The notes beneath the pieces are model-generated. The model was given only the letters and a program-made list of their open reading frames with translations. It did not search any database and had not been told where the DNA came from. A DNA stretch of 64,000 nt from an uncultured Verrucomicrobiae bacterium (GTDB lineage: Bacteria > Verrucomicrobiota > Verrucomicrobiia > Chthoniobacterales > UBA10450): NCBI GenBank assembly GCA_963735805.1, contig CAVTMK010000004.1, forward strand, positions 416,001-480,000, in the 5' to 3' direction. Below, in pieces: positions 48,490 through 58,461 of the stretch. The translations under genes and the position numbers were made by a program. How positions within the stretch are numbered: position 1 is the first letter of the stretch; each line of letters starts with the position of its first letter.

Positions 48490-50033
48490 GATCTCTGGTT
48501 TCAACGATGTCGTATCTGGAGCTGCTTAAGCTAGCGTTTCCTGAAGCCGTTGTTGTGATCAGCGCTCTGGTCGTGCTTGCGATTGGGCTAATGAGCAGGC
48601 GAACCACTGTGGTGGCAGGCGTCTCGCCTGCTAGACCGGCAGCCAGCCCAGTTGGCGCGAATGCCGTTTCAGGCCGGTGCTCGCTGGTTGCCATGCTCGG
48701 GATTGCCATCGCGATAGCCGCGGTGCTGATGCTGCCGCGCTATGCGAGCCTTTTTGGAGGGATGCTTGTGATCACGCCGCTGACATCGCTTTTCAAAATC
48801 ATTTGCCTCGTGCTTGCATTTTTCACGGTATCTCTGGTGCAGGGAGAAAAATCTCTGCCTCATTCGGGCGAATATCTGGCGATCATTCTTATGGCAACGG
48901 TCGGTCTCATGCTGCTCGTTGGCAGCGAAGAGTTGCTCATGATCTTTATCGGCCTTGAACTGCTAGGCCTTTCCCTTTACGTGATGACTGCATTTGACAA
49001 GGCCGATGTGCGATCGGCGGAAGCGGGCCTGAAATACTTTTTGTTTGGCAGTACGGCCAGCGCATTTACGCTTTTCGGAATTAGCTTGGTCTACGGTATG
49101 TCCGGAAGCACCGGGCTCGTTACGATCTCGGAAAAATTGGCGACCGCATCGGATCAACCTTTGCTTGCGACCGGCATCATCATGACGCTGATCGGCTTCG
49201 CATTCAAAATTGCCGCTGCGCCGTTCCACTTATGGGCACCTGATGCGTATCAGGGAGCGCCCGTTCCGAGTGCAGCGTTTATCGCTTCGGGGTCAAAGGT
49301 TGCTTCGTTCGTCGTGCTTGGAAAAATCGTGCTGGTCGGCTTTGGCACGATGCATGGCAGCGCCGCGTGGCACGCGATGACGGAGGGTTGGTCGCCGGTC
49401 CTCGCCGTACTGGCTGCGTTGTCGATTCTGGTTGGAAACCTAGTGGCACTTGCACAGAGCAATGTTCGGCGGCTCCTTGCCTACTCCGCTGTCGCCCACG
49501 CTGGCTACACTCTGCTTGGACTGGTCGCCGGAAGCAGGGATGGTTTTTCGGCAACCCTTTTCTACACTGTTGTTTACGCAATCACCCTAGTCGGTGCGTT
49601 CGGAGTCGTTGCTCTCGTACGCAGCGAAACCGGTGGCGACGATCTGAAAGATTTTTCCGGACTGGCTCGGCGTGCTCCGTTGCTCTCTGGCTGCATGGCT
49701 ATCTTCATGCTCTCCCTGGCAGGAATACCTCCGCTGGCCGGATTTTTCGGAAAATTCTATTTGTTCAGCGCTACACTGAAAGCGGGTGGAAGTTATGGCC
49801 TGCTCTGGCTTGTCGCGTTAGCGCTCTTTGGCAGTTTTGTGTCGCTCTATTATTATCTGATGGTGTTGAAAGCGATTTTCGTGGAGTCCTCGCCCGACAG
49901 CTCTTTGTTGTCCAATCGTCCATCGTCCTATTTGCTGCAGCGAACCACTGTCGCGGTGCTCGCCGCATCCGTTCTCCTGCTTGGCCTAATGCCAGACACC
50001 CTGGCGGCACGAATCCTTGCTGCCATGCCGTAA
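48486..50033 (+). CDS. nuoN: NADH-quinone oxidoreductase subunit N
   Basis: GLELLGL, EAGLKYFLFG, FKIAAAPFHLWAPDAYQGAP, RLLAYS, GIPPLAGFFGK, SLYYYL. Confidence 0.95.
   Translation: MRSLVSTMSYLELLKLAFPEAVVVISALVVLAIGLMSRRTTVVAGVSPARPAASPVGANAVSGRCSLVAMLGIAIAIAAVLMLPRYASLFGGMLVITPLTSLFKIICLVLAFFTVSLVQGEKSLPHSGEYLAIILMATVGLMLLVGSEELLMIFIGLELLGLSLYVMTAFDKADVRSAEAGLKYFLFGSTASAFTLFGISLVYGMSGSTGLVTISEKLATASDQPLLATGIIMTLIGFAFKIAAAPFHLWAPDAYQGAPVPSAAFIASGSKVASFVVLGKIVLVGFGTMHGSAAWHAMTEGWSPVLAVLAALSILVGNLVALAQSNVRRLLAYSAVAHAGYTLLGLVAGSRDGFSATLFYTVVYAITLVGAFGVVALVRSETGGDDLKDFSGLARRAPLLSGCMAIFMLSLAGIPPLAGFFGKFYLFSATLKAGGSYGLLWLVALALFGSFVSLYYYLMVLKAIFVESSPDSSLLSNRPSSYLLQRTTVAVLAASVLLLGLMPDTLAARILAAMP
48609..48631 (+). 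repeat. REP-like palindrome in-frame inside nuoN
   Basis: GTGGTG-GCAGGCG-TCT-CGCCTGC, a perfect 7-bp stem, encoding VVAGVSPA in the first loop. Confidence 0.55.
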
Positions 50034-50117
50034 GAATTTCGGCAAAAAAGATCGTGATTAACGCTTGACTATCACGGTATAAGTTTTGCATCAAATCGAG
50101 AAGCATAGACTGGAAGA

Positions 50118-51104
50118 GTGGATGAAGTGAAGATGGGCAGCATCAGCCAGTTCATTGATCGGCATTTTCGTCACTTCAATGCGGCAGTGCTTAAAGATGC
50201 CGCGGACGCCTATACCGCGCATCTCAAAGGCGGCGGGAAAATGATGATCACGCTCGCTGGGGCAATGAGCACCGCAGAACTCGGAATTTCTCTCGCAGAA
50301 ATGATTCGGCAGGACAAGGTGCACGCGATTACCTGCACTGGAGCGAATTTGGAGGAAGACCTTTTCAATCTGGTCGCGCGTAGCAAGTACGAACGCATTC
50401 CCAACTATCGCGAGTTGAGTCCGCAGCAGGAAGATGAACTGCTCCGGCGCCATCTCAATCGGGTGACTGATACGTGTATTCCCGAGGAGGAGGCGATGCG
50501 AAGGATCGAGCACATCGTACTGGAGGAGTGGGTGGGCGAATCGAAAAAGAAGCAGCGAAAATTTCCGCACGAATTTTTCTATAAAATCTTACGAGAATGT
50601 CGGCTAAAGAAATTTTACGAGATCGACCCCGCCGACAGTTGGATGATCGCCGCTGCGCACAAGGATCTTCCAGTCTTTGTGCCTGGCTGGGAAGATTCGA
50701 CGTTGGGAAATATTTATGCTGCGCGCTGCATCACAGGGGCGATCACCGATGTGCATACGGTTCGCTCGGGCATCGAATACATGATCGCGCTCGCGGAATG
50801 GTACCGTCGGATGTCGCAGGATTCGTCTATTGGTTTTTTCCAGATTGGCGGCGGGATTGCCGGTGATTTTCCGATTTGCGTTGTGCCCATGCTAAATCAA
50901 GACGTGGTAACAACGCCTGTTCCGGAGTGGGGCTATTTCTGTCAGATCAGCGATTCTACAACCAGCTTCGGATCGTATTCCGGCGCGGTACCCAATGAAA
51001 AGATCACATGGGGAAAACTGAATATCGACACACCGAAGTTCATTATCGAATCCGACGCCACGATTGTCGCTCCCCTCATTTTTGCCAAAATCCTGGGCTG
51101 GTGA
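50118..51104 (+). CDS. Deoxyhypusine synthase-like protein (possible homospermidine synthase)
   Basis: LAGAMSTAELG, CTGANLEED, IGGGIAGDF, SYSGAVPNEKITWGK, SDATIVAP. Confidence 0.9.
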   Translation: MDEVKMGSISQFIDRHFRHFNAAVLKDAADAYTAHLKGGGKMMITLAGAMSTAELGISLAEMIRQDKVHAITCTGANLEEDLFNLVARSKYERIPNYRELSPQQEDELLRRHLNRVTDTCIPEEEAMRRIEHIVLEEWVGESKKKQRKFPHEFFYKILRECRLKKFYEIDPADSWMIAAAHKDLPVFVPGWEDSTLGNIYAARCITGAITDVHTVRSGIEYMIALAEWYRRMSQDSSIGFFQIGGGIAGDFPICVVPMLNQDVVTTPVPEWGYFCQISDSTTSFGSYSGAVPNEKITWGKLNIDTPKFIIESDATIVAPLIFAKILGW

Positions 51105-51108
51105 TGGT

Positions 51109-51145
51109 CGGCGATCGTCGCCGCCTGGCGGTGATCCGACCGCCA
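51109..51145. repeat. Twin GC-rich hairpins between convergent genes (degenerate REP pair or terminator)
   Basis: CGGCGA-tcg-TCGCCG and TGGCGGT-gatccg-ACCGCCA. Confidence 0.5.
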
Positions 51146-51176
51146 ACCGCGCACTGACAACTGCTGGGTCTGTTTT

Positions 51177-51527
51177 TTACTGCCAATGACCCGCAATCCA
51201 GACCCAGCCGCCGGGCCGCCGCAGCCAGTGGCCTGCCACCCACACCGCAGCTGGTCTGGGCCGGACTATCCAACTGCCCGACACCCAGACGTAGTCGGTG
51301 CCTGTCCATCGCCAATAACCGGTCGTCCAAACGTATCCTGGTCCGGGTGCCACAGTCTGCGTCTCGACGCGGACTGGCGGCGGAGGTCTCGTCACCAGCA
51401 CCTCGCGAGCTGGACCCGTTGTTGTCACTTCCTGCGTGGTCGTTGTCGTCGTCACCGTGGCTGGCTGTTCTACGCAGCTAACCAATGCCAACGGCACCAA
51501 CATCAATAGGTAAGAGATTCTCTTCAT
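51177..51527 (-). CDS. YXWGXW-repeat lipoprotein
   Basis: MKRISYLL..LVSC lipobox, Thr run, PGPGYVWTTGYWRW, YVWVSGSW, WVAGHW, WIAGHW. Confidence 0.85.
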   Translation of the reverse strand: MKRISYLLMLVPLALVSCVEQPATVTTTTTTQEVTTTGPAREVLVTRPPPPVRVETQTVAPGPGYVWTTGYWRWTGTDYVWVSGSWIVRPRPAAVWVAGHWLRRPGGWVWIAGHWQ

Positions 51528-51634
51528 GTTACGCTCCACTACGGATTCGCTTAGCGCCAAACAGGCGGCTTTATCAAAAATCAAAGCTGTATGCGTTTGA
51601 TGGCGAAAGACCGATTTTGATCCGATCATATGCG

Positions 51635-52297
51635 ATGCTCTACATCGTCGCCACGCCTATTGGCAATTTGGGCGACATTACCCTGCGCGCGCTGGAGGTC
51701 CTAAAGTCGGTTGATCTGGTTGCCGCTGAGGACACACGGCATTCCGGAATGTTGCTGAAACATTTCGGAGTCAAGAAAGCTTTGATCAGCTACCATGCCC
51801 ATAACGAAGCGATGCGCACGTCGCAGCTCATCGAGCGCCTCGCTCAAGGCGAAAGCATTGCCCTGATTACCGATGCTGGAACACCAGGCCTGTCCGATCC
51901 GGGTGCGCGACTCGTCCGCGAATGCATTAAACGTGAAGTCCCCTTTACGATCATTCCCGGGCCATCATCGATCGTCACCGCTCTCGTTGGTTCCGGATTT
52001 TTGAACGAGAGGTTTTCTTTCCGCGGATTTCTTCCTAGTAAAAGTGGACAACGCGCGCGCGAGTTGGGAGCCGCCGCTGAATCCGGTGAAACAGTAATTT
52101 TCTTTGAGTCTCCTTATCGATTAACGAAGACGCTCAGCGCCTGTAGCAATATCATGGCAGATCGGCAGCTTTGCGTCGCCCGAGAGTTGACAAAAAAATT
52201 CGAGGAATTTCGGCGCGGCACTGCCAGTGAACTTCTTGCGCATTACGAAGCGCACAGGCCGAAGGGCGAGATCGTGCTCGTGATTTCCGCCCCATAA
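51635..52297 (+). CDS. rsmI: 16S rRNA C1402 2'-O-methyltransferase
   Basis: MLYIVATPIGNLGDIT, AEDTR, DAGTPGLSDPG, FESPYR, ARELTKKFEE. Confidence 0.96.
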   Translation: MLYIVATPIGNLGDITLRALEVLKSVDLVAAEDTRHSGMLLKHFGVKKALISYHAHNEAMRTSQLIERLAQGESIALITDAGTPGLSDPGARLVRECIKREVPFTIIPGPSSIVTALVGSGFLNERFSFRGFLPSKSGQRARELGAAAESGETVIFFESPYRLTKTLSACSNIMADRQLCVARELTKKFEEFRRGTASELLAHYEAHRPKGEIVLVISAP

Positions 52298-52597
52298 ATG
52301 GTCTCAGCGCCTGCAGAGGAGAATTGCCAACTGCCTGAGACGCGAACCGCCGAGTGGCTTTTGCGAATAAACGAGATCACACCGCCGTCAAACTTTATCA
52401 CTAAATCAGCGTATACACTGTGGAACAATGCAACCTGAGTTCGCCTCCACCAATAATTTCGAGCGTTGTCGCGATTTTGTCGGATTCCCAGTCTCGTTTC
52501 CTCTTCCCGCCGGCGCAGCCAACCATGCTTCAAGAGCTCGCGCGCCAATAACCGAACTTTCACAAACAAAGGCACCGTGCGCAGCGATTATCATGTA

Positions 52598-53824
52598 ATG
52601 ACCCGCTTACTTTGGTTGCTCAGGCCTTTACTCGCGGGACTCATCATTACCCTGCTGCAACTTGCGATGGCGATGGGCCTTCTCGCGCCGGAAGGCTCTT
52701 TTTCGGACCGCTACGCCACGCTGATCCAGCACGACAGCTATTGGTTCATGAACATCGTAGATCGCGGATACCAAACCATCGTCCCACCCGTCGATCACAA
52801 GGTAATGGAAGTATCAAACGTCGCATTTTTTCCAGCTTATCCTGCGATTGCGGCTGCGTTTCGCTATGGACTCAATATCAGCACCGGCACAGCCTTGCTA
52901 ATCACTGCTCAACTCGCTGCCTGGGGGCTCTGGAGTTATTTTTTTCTATTTTGCAGGCGTTGGAATATTTCGCCTGCGCTCCAAATTTGCGCCGCATTAT
53001 TAATCGCCGCGCATCCCGCAGCGTTTTTTCTGATTGCCGGTTATTCAGAATCGTTGTTCTTGATGGCGCTATTTGGTTTTATTTATTGGAGCTCTGCCGC
53101 AGGGCGATCTGCGAAAGTCTTGGCAATCGCACACGGCATCTTAATGTCGGCGACGCGGATTGTCGGAATTGTGTGTGCGGCATTTCCGCTGGTGCGCTCG
53201 GTTTTCCAAACTGGATGGCACAGTTTACTTGAGCCGAGGCGGTGGTGGCGCAAGGAAAAGCCGGCGATCTTTACGACGCTGGTGGCAAGTTTCGGCGCCG
53301 TAGGGTTCTTCACTTATTCTCAATTGCGCTGGGGCCATTGGGATATTTATATGCTGACCCAGGCAGCCGGTTGGGGAATTGTTCCCGATTATCTGGCGGT
53401 GTTTAAGCCTGCCAGCTATCGTTGGTTCGTTCCGGCACTGGACGATCCGACTCAGGCGAGTCAAATGTCAATGACGTTGGGAGCGGTGCTTTTTGCTGGT
53501 ATCGCCCTTTGCGAACTGCTTCCGGCAATTCGACGGACGGCCGATTTACCTGTTCGAGCTGGCATCTATTTCTGCGCGTTTGTGATCTATTATCTCTCCG
53601 TTAGCGGAGTGGCCTGCGTCGATATGGAAAGCATGCTGCGTTACGAATTTTGCGTGCACGCGTTGATCGTGCTGGCGTTATTAAATTTTCTGAGGCAATT
53701 TCGTATGCCACCGGCGTTCGTTAGGGGGTTCGGTATCGCGGTAGTCGCGCTGCTCAGCGCTGCTGGACTGTGCGTACAGGGCTGGTACATATGGAATTTC
53801 ACCCGGGGCAATTGGGTTGCATAG
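52598..53824 (+). CDS. GT-C mannosyltransferase-like protein (PIG-V/GT76-like)
   Basis: QHDSYWFMNIVDRGY, AFFPAYP, GYSESLF, ATRIVG; multi-TM. Confidence 0.75.
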   Translation: MTRLLWLLRPLLAGLIITLLQLAMAMGLLAPEGSFSDRYATLIQHDSYWFMNIVDRGYQTIVPPVDHKVMEVSNVAFFPAYPAIAAAFRYGLNISTGTALLITAQLAAWGLWSYFFLFCRRWNISPALQICAALLIAAHPAAFFLIAGYSESLFLMALFGFIYWSSAAGRSAKVLAIAHGILMSATRIVGIVCAAFPLVRSVFQTGWHSLLEPRRWWRKEKPAIFTTLVASFGAVGFFTYSQLRWGHWDIYMLTQAAGWGIVPDYLAVFKPASYRWFVPALDDPTQASQMSMTLGAVLFAGIALCELLPAIRRTADLPVRAGIYFCAFVIYYLSVSGVACVDMESMLRYEFCVHALIVLALLNFLRQFRMPPAFVRGFGIAVVALLSAAGLCVQGWYIWNFTRGNWVA

Positions 53825-53830
53825 AAGAAG

Positions 53831-55351
53831 ATGAAAGCAAGAGTCGTCATTATTGGTGCGGGACCGGCGGGTCTAACGGCGGGCTATCTTCTATCAAAGG
53901 AGGAGGTCGATGTTGTTGTCCTCGAGGCTGATCCTCTTTATGTCGGTGGAATCTCGCGTACCGTTACTTACAAGGGTTTTCACTTCGATATCGGCGGGCA
54001 TCGTTTCTTTTCCAAGTCAAAGGCAATCGAAGATCTATGGACCGAGATTTTGCCTAACGACATGCTCGTGCGGCCGCGGTCGTCGCGGATTTTTTACGAC
54101 GGACAATTCTTCTCCTATCCGCTGAAACCGTTCGAAGCTCTCCTCAAGCTGGGAATTTTCAGGTCAACGCTCTGTCTTCTTTCGTGGATGAAGGCGCGCC
54201 TGTTCCGTGTGCACAATCCACGCAATTTTGAAGAGTGGGTAAGCAATCAATTCGGCAAACGCCTTTTCAACACATTTTTCAAAAGTTACACCGAAAAGGT
54301 TTGGGGTATGAGCTGCAAGGAAATTTCCGCCGACTGGGCTGCGCAGCGGATCAAGGGACTTTCGCTCGGAAGCGCGATCAGAAATGCGCTTATTCCACAG
54401 CGCTATAATGGCGATCGAACGAGGGTAATTAAAACGCTGATTAATTCGTTTCGCTATCCTCGGAGAGGCCCCGGCATGATGTGGGAGGCCTGCGCAGAAA
54501 AATTGAAAGCGCTAGGCGGCCGGCTGGAGATGGCCTGCAGAGTCACCCGCTGCTCTTACGATGAAATCACTGGAACCTGGGCCATTGAATATAAAGATCG
54601 CGAAGATGACTTAAAGACCGTCGAAGCCGAACACATCATTTCCTCTGCCCCCATGAGGGAATTGGTCTGCGGATTATCGCCGAAAGTGAGTGAGAGAACA
54701 AAGCAGGCTGCAAATAGCCTGAAGTATCGCGATTTCCTCACGGTGATGTTGATTTTGAAAGACCGACAGATGTTTGATGACAACTGGATCTACATTCACG
54801 ATCCGAGCGTTAAGGTTGGTCGCGTTCAAAACTTCCGTTCCTGGTCGCCGGAGATGGTGCCTGAGCCGGACAAGGTTTGTTACGGTCTCGAATACTTCTG
54901 TTTCGAACACGACGGTCTGTGGGATTCGAGCGATCCTGACTTGATTGAGCTCGCCAAGCGCGAACTCGTTAAGATCGGGCTGGCCAGGGAAGGGGACTTC
55001 CTGGATGGTTGCGTTGTTCGCCAGAAAAAAGCGTATCCCGTTTACGACGACGATTACGCGCGGCATGTCGCCACGATCCGCCAAGAATTGGACACGCGTT
55101 ATCCGAACCTGCATTTGGTCGGCCGCAACGGGATGCATAAATACAACAACCAGGACCATGCCATGATGACCGCTATGTTGTGCGCAGAAAATATTGTCGC
55201 CGACACCAAGCTTTACGATCTCTGGCAAGTAAATAGTGACGCCGAATATCACGAAGCTGGTCCCGCTGCGGGCGAAGAAACAAACGGCTCTGGGTTACGG
55301 TTGGTTCCCACACGCGTCGTCGCTGCTCCCGAACTCGCTCCCGAGGGGTAA
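53831..55351 (+). CDS. FAD-dependent oxidoreductase (UDP-galactopyranose mutase/protoporphyrinogen oxidase-like family)
   Basis: [49 protein letters not shown]. Confidence 0.8.
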   Translation: MKARVVIIGAGPAGLTAGYLLSKEEVDVVVLEADPLYVGGISRTVTYKGFHFDIGGHRFFSKSKAIEDLWTEILPNDMLVRPRSSRIFYDGQFFSYPLKPFEALLKLGIFRSTLCLLSWMKARLFRVHNPRNFEEWVSNQFGKRLFNTFFKSYTEKVWGMSCKEISADWAAQRIKGLSLGSAIRNALIPQRYNGDRTRVIKTLINSFRYPRRGPGMMWEACAEKLKALGGRLEMACRVTRCSYDEITGTWAIEYKDREDDLKTVEAEHIISSAPMRELVCGLSPKVSERTKQAANSLKYRDFLTVMLILKDRQMFDDNWIYIHDPSVKVGRVQNFRSWSPEMVPEPDKVCYGLEYFCFEHDGLWDSSDPDLIELAKRELVKIGLAREGDFLDGCVVRQKKAYPVYDDDYARHVATIRQELDTRYPNLHLVGRNGMHKYNNQDHAMMTAMLCAENIVADTKLYDLWQVNSDAEYHEAGPAAGEETNGSGLRLVPTRVVAAPELAPEG

Positions 55352-55402
55352 CGCACATTTTCTTGGTACATGTTTCCAGCCAGGCGCTGCGAACCGATAG
55401 AC

Positions 55403-55450
55403 TGTTTCGGCGCGACGCCGAAACAAACACGCGGGATGCGCGTGCTACCC
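55403..55450 (-). repeat. GTAG-type REP-like double hairpin overlapping the gcvP stop
   Basis: Minus strand GGGTAG-CACGCG-catcc-CGCGTG then TGTTTCGGCG-tcg-CGCCGAAACA (perfect 10-bp stem). Confidence 0.75.
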
Positions 55451-58384
55451 GTTCGGAACGTCTTCGATCGGTGGACAAGAACAGAAAAGATTTCGATCCC
55501 CGTAGACGTTGTCGATTCTACCAACGGTTGGCCAGAATTTGTGCTCAAGTGTCCAAGGCGCGGGAAAAGCTGCTTGCTCGCGTGTGTAGGGACGGTCCCA
55601 ATTTTGTGACGCGATTTGCCGCGCGGTGTGCGGCGCGTTTTTCAAGATATTCTTTTCGCGATCCATCGTTCCTGTGGCAACCGCTTCAATTTCGGCGTGA
55701 ATGGAGATCATCGCGTCGCAAAAGCGGTCGAGCTCGTGCTTGGGTTCACTCTCGGTTGGCTCGATCATCATCGTTCCGGCGACCGGCCAGGAGACTGTTG
55801 GCGCATGAAATCCGTAGTCCATCAACCGTTTCGCTACGTCTTCCACCTCGATGTCTGCACTCTTCCATTGGCGAAGATCGACGATGCACTCATGGGCGAC
55901 GAGCCCGCGTTTGCCTTTAAAAAGCACGGGGAAATAAGGATCGAGCCGTTTCGCGATGTAATTGGCGTTTAAAATCGCAATCTCGCTCGCCCGTTTCAAT
56001 CCTTCAGCGCCCATCATACAAATGTACATCCACGTAATCGTCAGAATGCTGGCGCTACCGTACGGTGCGGCAGCCACGTTGCCTCCGTTGCCTCCGCCGT
56101 GGTGATAATCAGAGCCGCTGCCAATCGGTGGACGTTTGCCCCGGTCTCCGTCGCCAAACAGAACTCGACCGGTCTCCGGATCGAGAATGAATTCTCGCGG
56201 AAGATATGGAACGAGATGTCTGGCCACGCCAATCGGTCCGACGCCTGGCCCGCCGCCGCCGTGTGGGATGCAAAATGTTTTGTGCAAATTTAAATGACAA
56301 ACGTCGGCGCCGTAGTCGCCAGGGCGACATAGACCGACCTGCGCATTCATATTGGCGCCGTCCATGTAAACCTGGCCGCCGTGCCCGTGCACAATGTCAC
56401 AAATTTCGCGGATTGTCGGTTCGAACACACCGTGTGTGGAAGGATAGGTCACCATCAACGCAGCCAGGTCGTGCGCGTGTTCGTCGGCCTTGGCTCGGAG
56501 ATCAGCGAGATCGATATCTCCATCTTTTAAGCAGGCAACTGAAACAACCTTAAAACCGGCCATGATCGCGCTGGCCGGGTTCGTGCCATGGGCCGAAGTC
56601 GGAATGAGGCAAACATTGCGATGGGATTCACCGCGCGACGCGTGATACTCGCGGATCGCCAGCAAGCCTGCATATTCGCCCTGCGATCCGGCATTAGGCT
56701 GCAATGAAATGGCGTCGAATCCCGTGATTTCGGCAAGCCAGTTTTCGAGCTGTTTGCACATATCGGCATAACCGGCTGTCTGTTCTGCAGGCGCGAACGG
56801 ATGCAGTTTGGAAATTTCCGGCCACGAAATCGGAAACATTTCCGCTGTGGCATTTAATTTCATCGTGCACGAACCGAGCGGGATCATCGAAGTCGTCAGC
56901 GAAAGGTCGCGGGATTCGAGCTTCTTGAGATAACGCAGCATTTCTGTCTCCGTGTCGTGCGTGTTGAACACCGGATGAGTCAGAATCTCGGAACGGCGGA
57001 TTGCGGATTGCGGAATGCGAATTGGAGGCTCGCCGAAGTCATCCTCGCCCAGGTCGCGCACGTGTGTACCGCGAAAGACCGATATCAACAGTTCGATGTC
57101 ACGCGGAGTTGTCGTTTCGTCGAATGAAATGCCGACCGCGTGCGAGCCGAACGCGCGCAGATTGCACTCCGCCTTTTGTGCATGCTCTAAAATAAGCGCG
57201 CTCGATTCGACTTCGACGCGGACCGTGTCGAAGAAATTTTCGTGCGTGATTTTCAAGCCGAGTCCACACAGACCATCTGCAAGTTGACTTGTCAGGCCAT
57301 GGACGCGTTCGGCGATTGCCCACAAGCCTCTGGGACCATGATACACGGCGTACATCGAGGCGATGACAGCCAGAAGAACCTGCGCCGTGCAAATGTTGCT
57401 CGTGGCTTTATGCCGACGGATGTGTTGCTCGCGCGTTTGCAACGCGAGTCGGTACGCGGGTCGCCCTTCAGCATCGTGTGAAACGCCCACGAGCCGCCCG
57501 GGCATATGACGCTTGTATTGATCGCGCGTGGCGAAAAACGCTGCGTGCGGTCCGCCAAATCCAAGGGGCACGCCGAAGCGCTGCGTGCTACCAACCGCAA
57601 CATCGGCGCCGAACTCTCCTGGAGGTTTTAATAGCGTTAGCGCCAGGATGTCGGCCGCGACTACGACAAGCGCGCCGGCATCGTGCGCATGCTGTATGAA
57701 ATCCGTGTAATCGTAAATCGCACCATCGGTAGCGGGATATTGGACCAGTGCGCCAAAAACGGTTTTATCGAATTTGAAGCGCGAGTAATCGCCGATCTTA
57801 ATCTCAATCCCCAACGGCTTGGCGCGTGTTTGCACAACAGCGATCGTTTGCGGGTGACAATTGTCGGCAACAAAAAAAGTTTTGCGGTTCGGAACGGCCG
57901 CATGGCAAAGCGCCATCGCTTCGGCGGCGGCGGTGGCTTCATCGAGGAGCGACGCGTTTGCAATGTCGAGCGCAGTCAGGTCCATGATCATTTGCTGAAA
58001 ATTAAGGAGCGCCTCCAGCCGGCCTTGCGCGAGCTCAGCCTGATAAGGGGTATAAGCGGTGTACCAACCCGGGTTTTCGAGAATGTTTCGCTGAATGACG
58101 GGTGGCGTGATGCAGTCCGAATAACCACAGCCGATGAATGAGCGCGTGACCTTGTTCTTCCTGGAAATGGACCGAAGCTCGGCCAGCGCGTCGATCTCTG
58201 ATTTGGCTTCCGGCAGGTTTATTTGTCGATTCAGCCGGATATTTCTTGGAACGGTGGCATCGATAAGGGAATCGAGATTTTCGAAACCGAGCTCGTTCAA
58301 CATGGCGCGCACTTCGTCGTTGTTCGGGCCAATGTGACGGCGCGCGAATGAATTCGAGTCACTGGTTTTCTCACGCCGTTGCAT
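55445..58384 (-). CDS. gcvP: Glycine dehydrogenase (decarboxylating), single-chain P protein
   Basis: [45 protein letters not shown] (PLP Lys), IEPTESE. Confidence 0.97.
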   Translation of the reverse strand: MQRREKTSDSNSFARRHIGPNNDEVRAMLNELGFENLDSLIDATVPRNIRLNRQINLPEAKSEIDALAELRSISRKNKVTRSFIGCGYSDCITPPVIQRNILENPGWYTAYTPYQAELAQGRLEALLNFQQMIMDLTALDIANASLLDEATAAAEAMALCHAAVPNRKTFFVADNCHPQTIAVVQTRAKPLGIEIKIGDYSRFKFDKTVFGALVQYPATDGAIYDYTDFIQHAHDAGALVVVAADILALTLLKPPGEFGADVAVGSTQRFGVPLGFGGPHAAFFATRDQYKRHMPGRLVGVSHDAEGRPAYRLALQTREQHIRRHKATSNICTAQVLLAVIASMYAVYHGPRGLWAIAERVHGLTSQLADGLCGLGLKITHENFFDTVRVEVESSALILEHAQKAECNLRAFGSHAVGISFDETTTPRDIELLISVFRGTHVRDLGEDDFGEPPIRIPQSAIRRSEILTHPVFNTHDTETEMLRYLKKLESRDLSLTTSMIPLGSCTMKLNATAEMFPISWPEISKLHPFAPAEQTAGYADMCKQLENWLAEITGFDAISLQPNAGSQGEYAGLLAIREYHASRGESHRNVCLIPTSAHGTNPASAIMAGFKVVSVACLKDGDIDLADLRAKADEHAHDLAALMVTYPSTHGVFEPTIREICDIVHGHGGQVYMDGANMNAQVGLCRPGDYGADVCHLNLHKTFCIPHGGGGPGVGPIGVARHLVPYLPREFILDPETGRVLFGDGDRGKRPPIGSGSDYHHGGGNGGNVAAAPYGSASILTITWMYICMMGAEGLKRASEIAILNANYIAKRLDPYFPVLFKGKRGLVAHECIVDLRQWKSADIEVEDVAKRLMDYGFHAPTVSWPVAGTMMIEPTESEPKHELDRFCDAMISIHAEIEAVATGTMDREKNILKNAPHTARQIASQNWDRPYTREQAAFPAPWTLEHKFWPTVGRIDNVYGDRNLFCSCPPIEDVPNG
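56996..57023 (-). repeat. Four-copy heptamer repeat (AATCCGC-like) inside gcvP
   Basis: Minus strand AATTCGC ATTCCGC AATCCGC AATCCGC, read as IRIPQSAIR in the linker between the two halves. Confidence 0.7.
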
Positions 58385-58390
58385 GGGAGC

Positions 58391-58418
58391 AGACTACGGA
58401 AAGCGAATCGTGCTTCAA
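58391..58418 (-). promoter_or_regulatory. Putative promoter for leaderless gcvP
   Basis: TTGAAG-16nt-TAGTCT-6nt-ATG; no SD sequence. Confidence 0.45.
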
Positions 58419-58429
58419 GTCGGGCTCAG

Positions 58430-58454
58430 GTAGGGCGATTGAGCTCAATCGCCC
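58430..58454 (+). repeat. GTAG-type REP-like perfect palindrome
   Basis: GTA then GGGCGATTGAG|CTCAATCGCCC, a 22-bp perfect palindrome between ilvA and gcvP. Confidence 0.75.
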
Positions 58455-58461
58455 ATCCTTT

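Noticed and set aside
52243..52597. 110-aa minus-strand ORF or possible ncRNA in the 300-nt rsmI-GT gap
   Set aside because: No motif, clear RBS or convincing structure recognised; a small gene cannot be excluded.
58385..58461. Glycine riboswitch upstream of gcvP
   Set aside because: Only 77 nt, occupied by a palindrome and a promoter-like element; no aptamer consensus.
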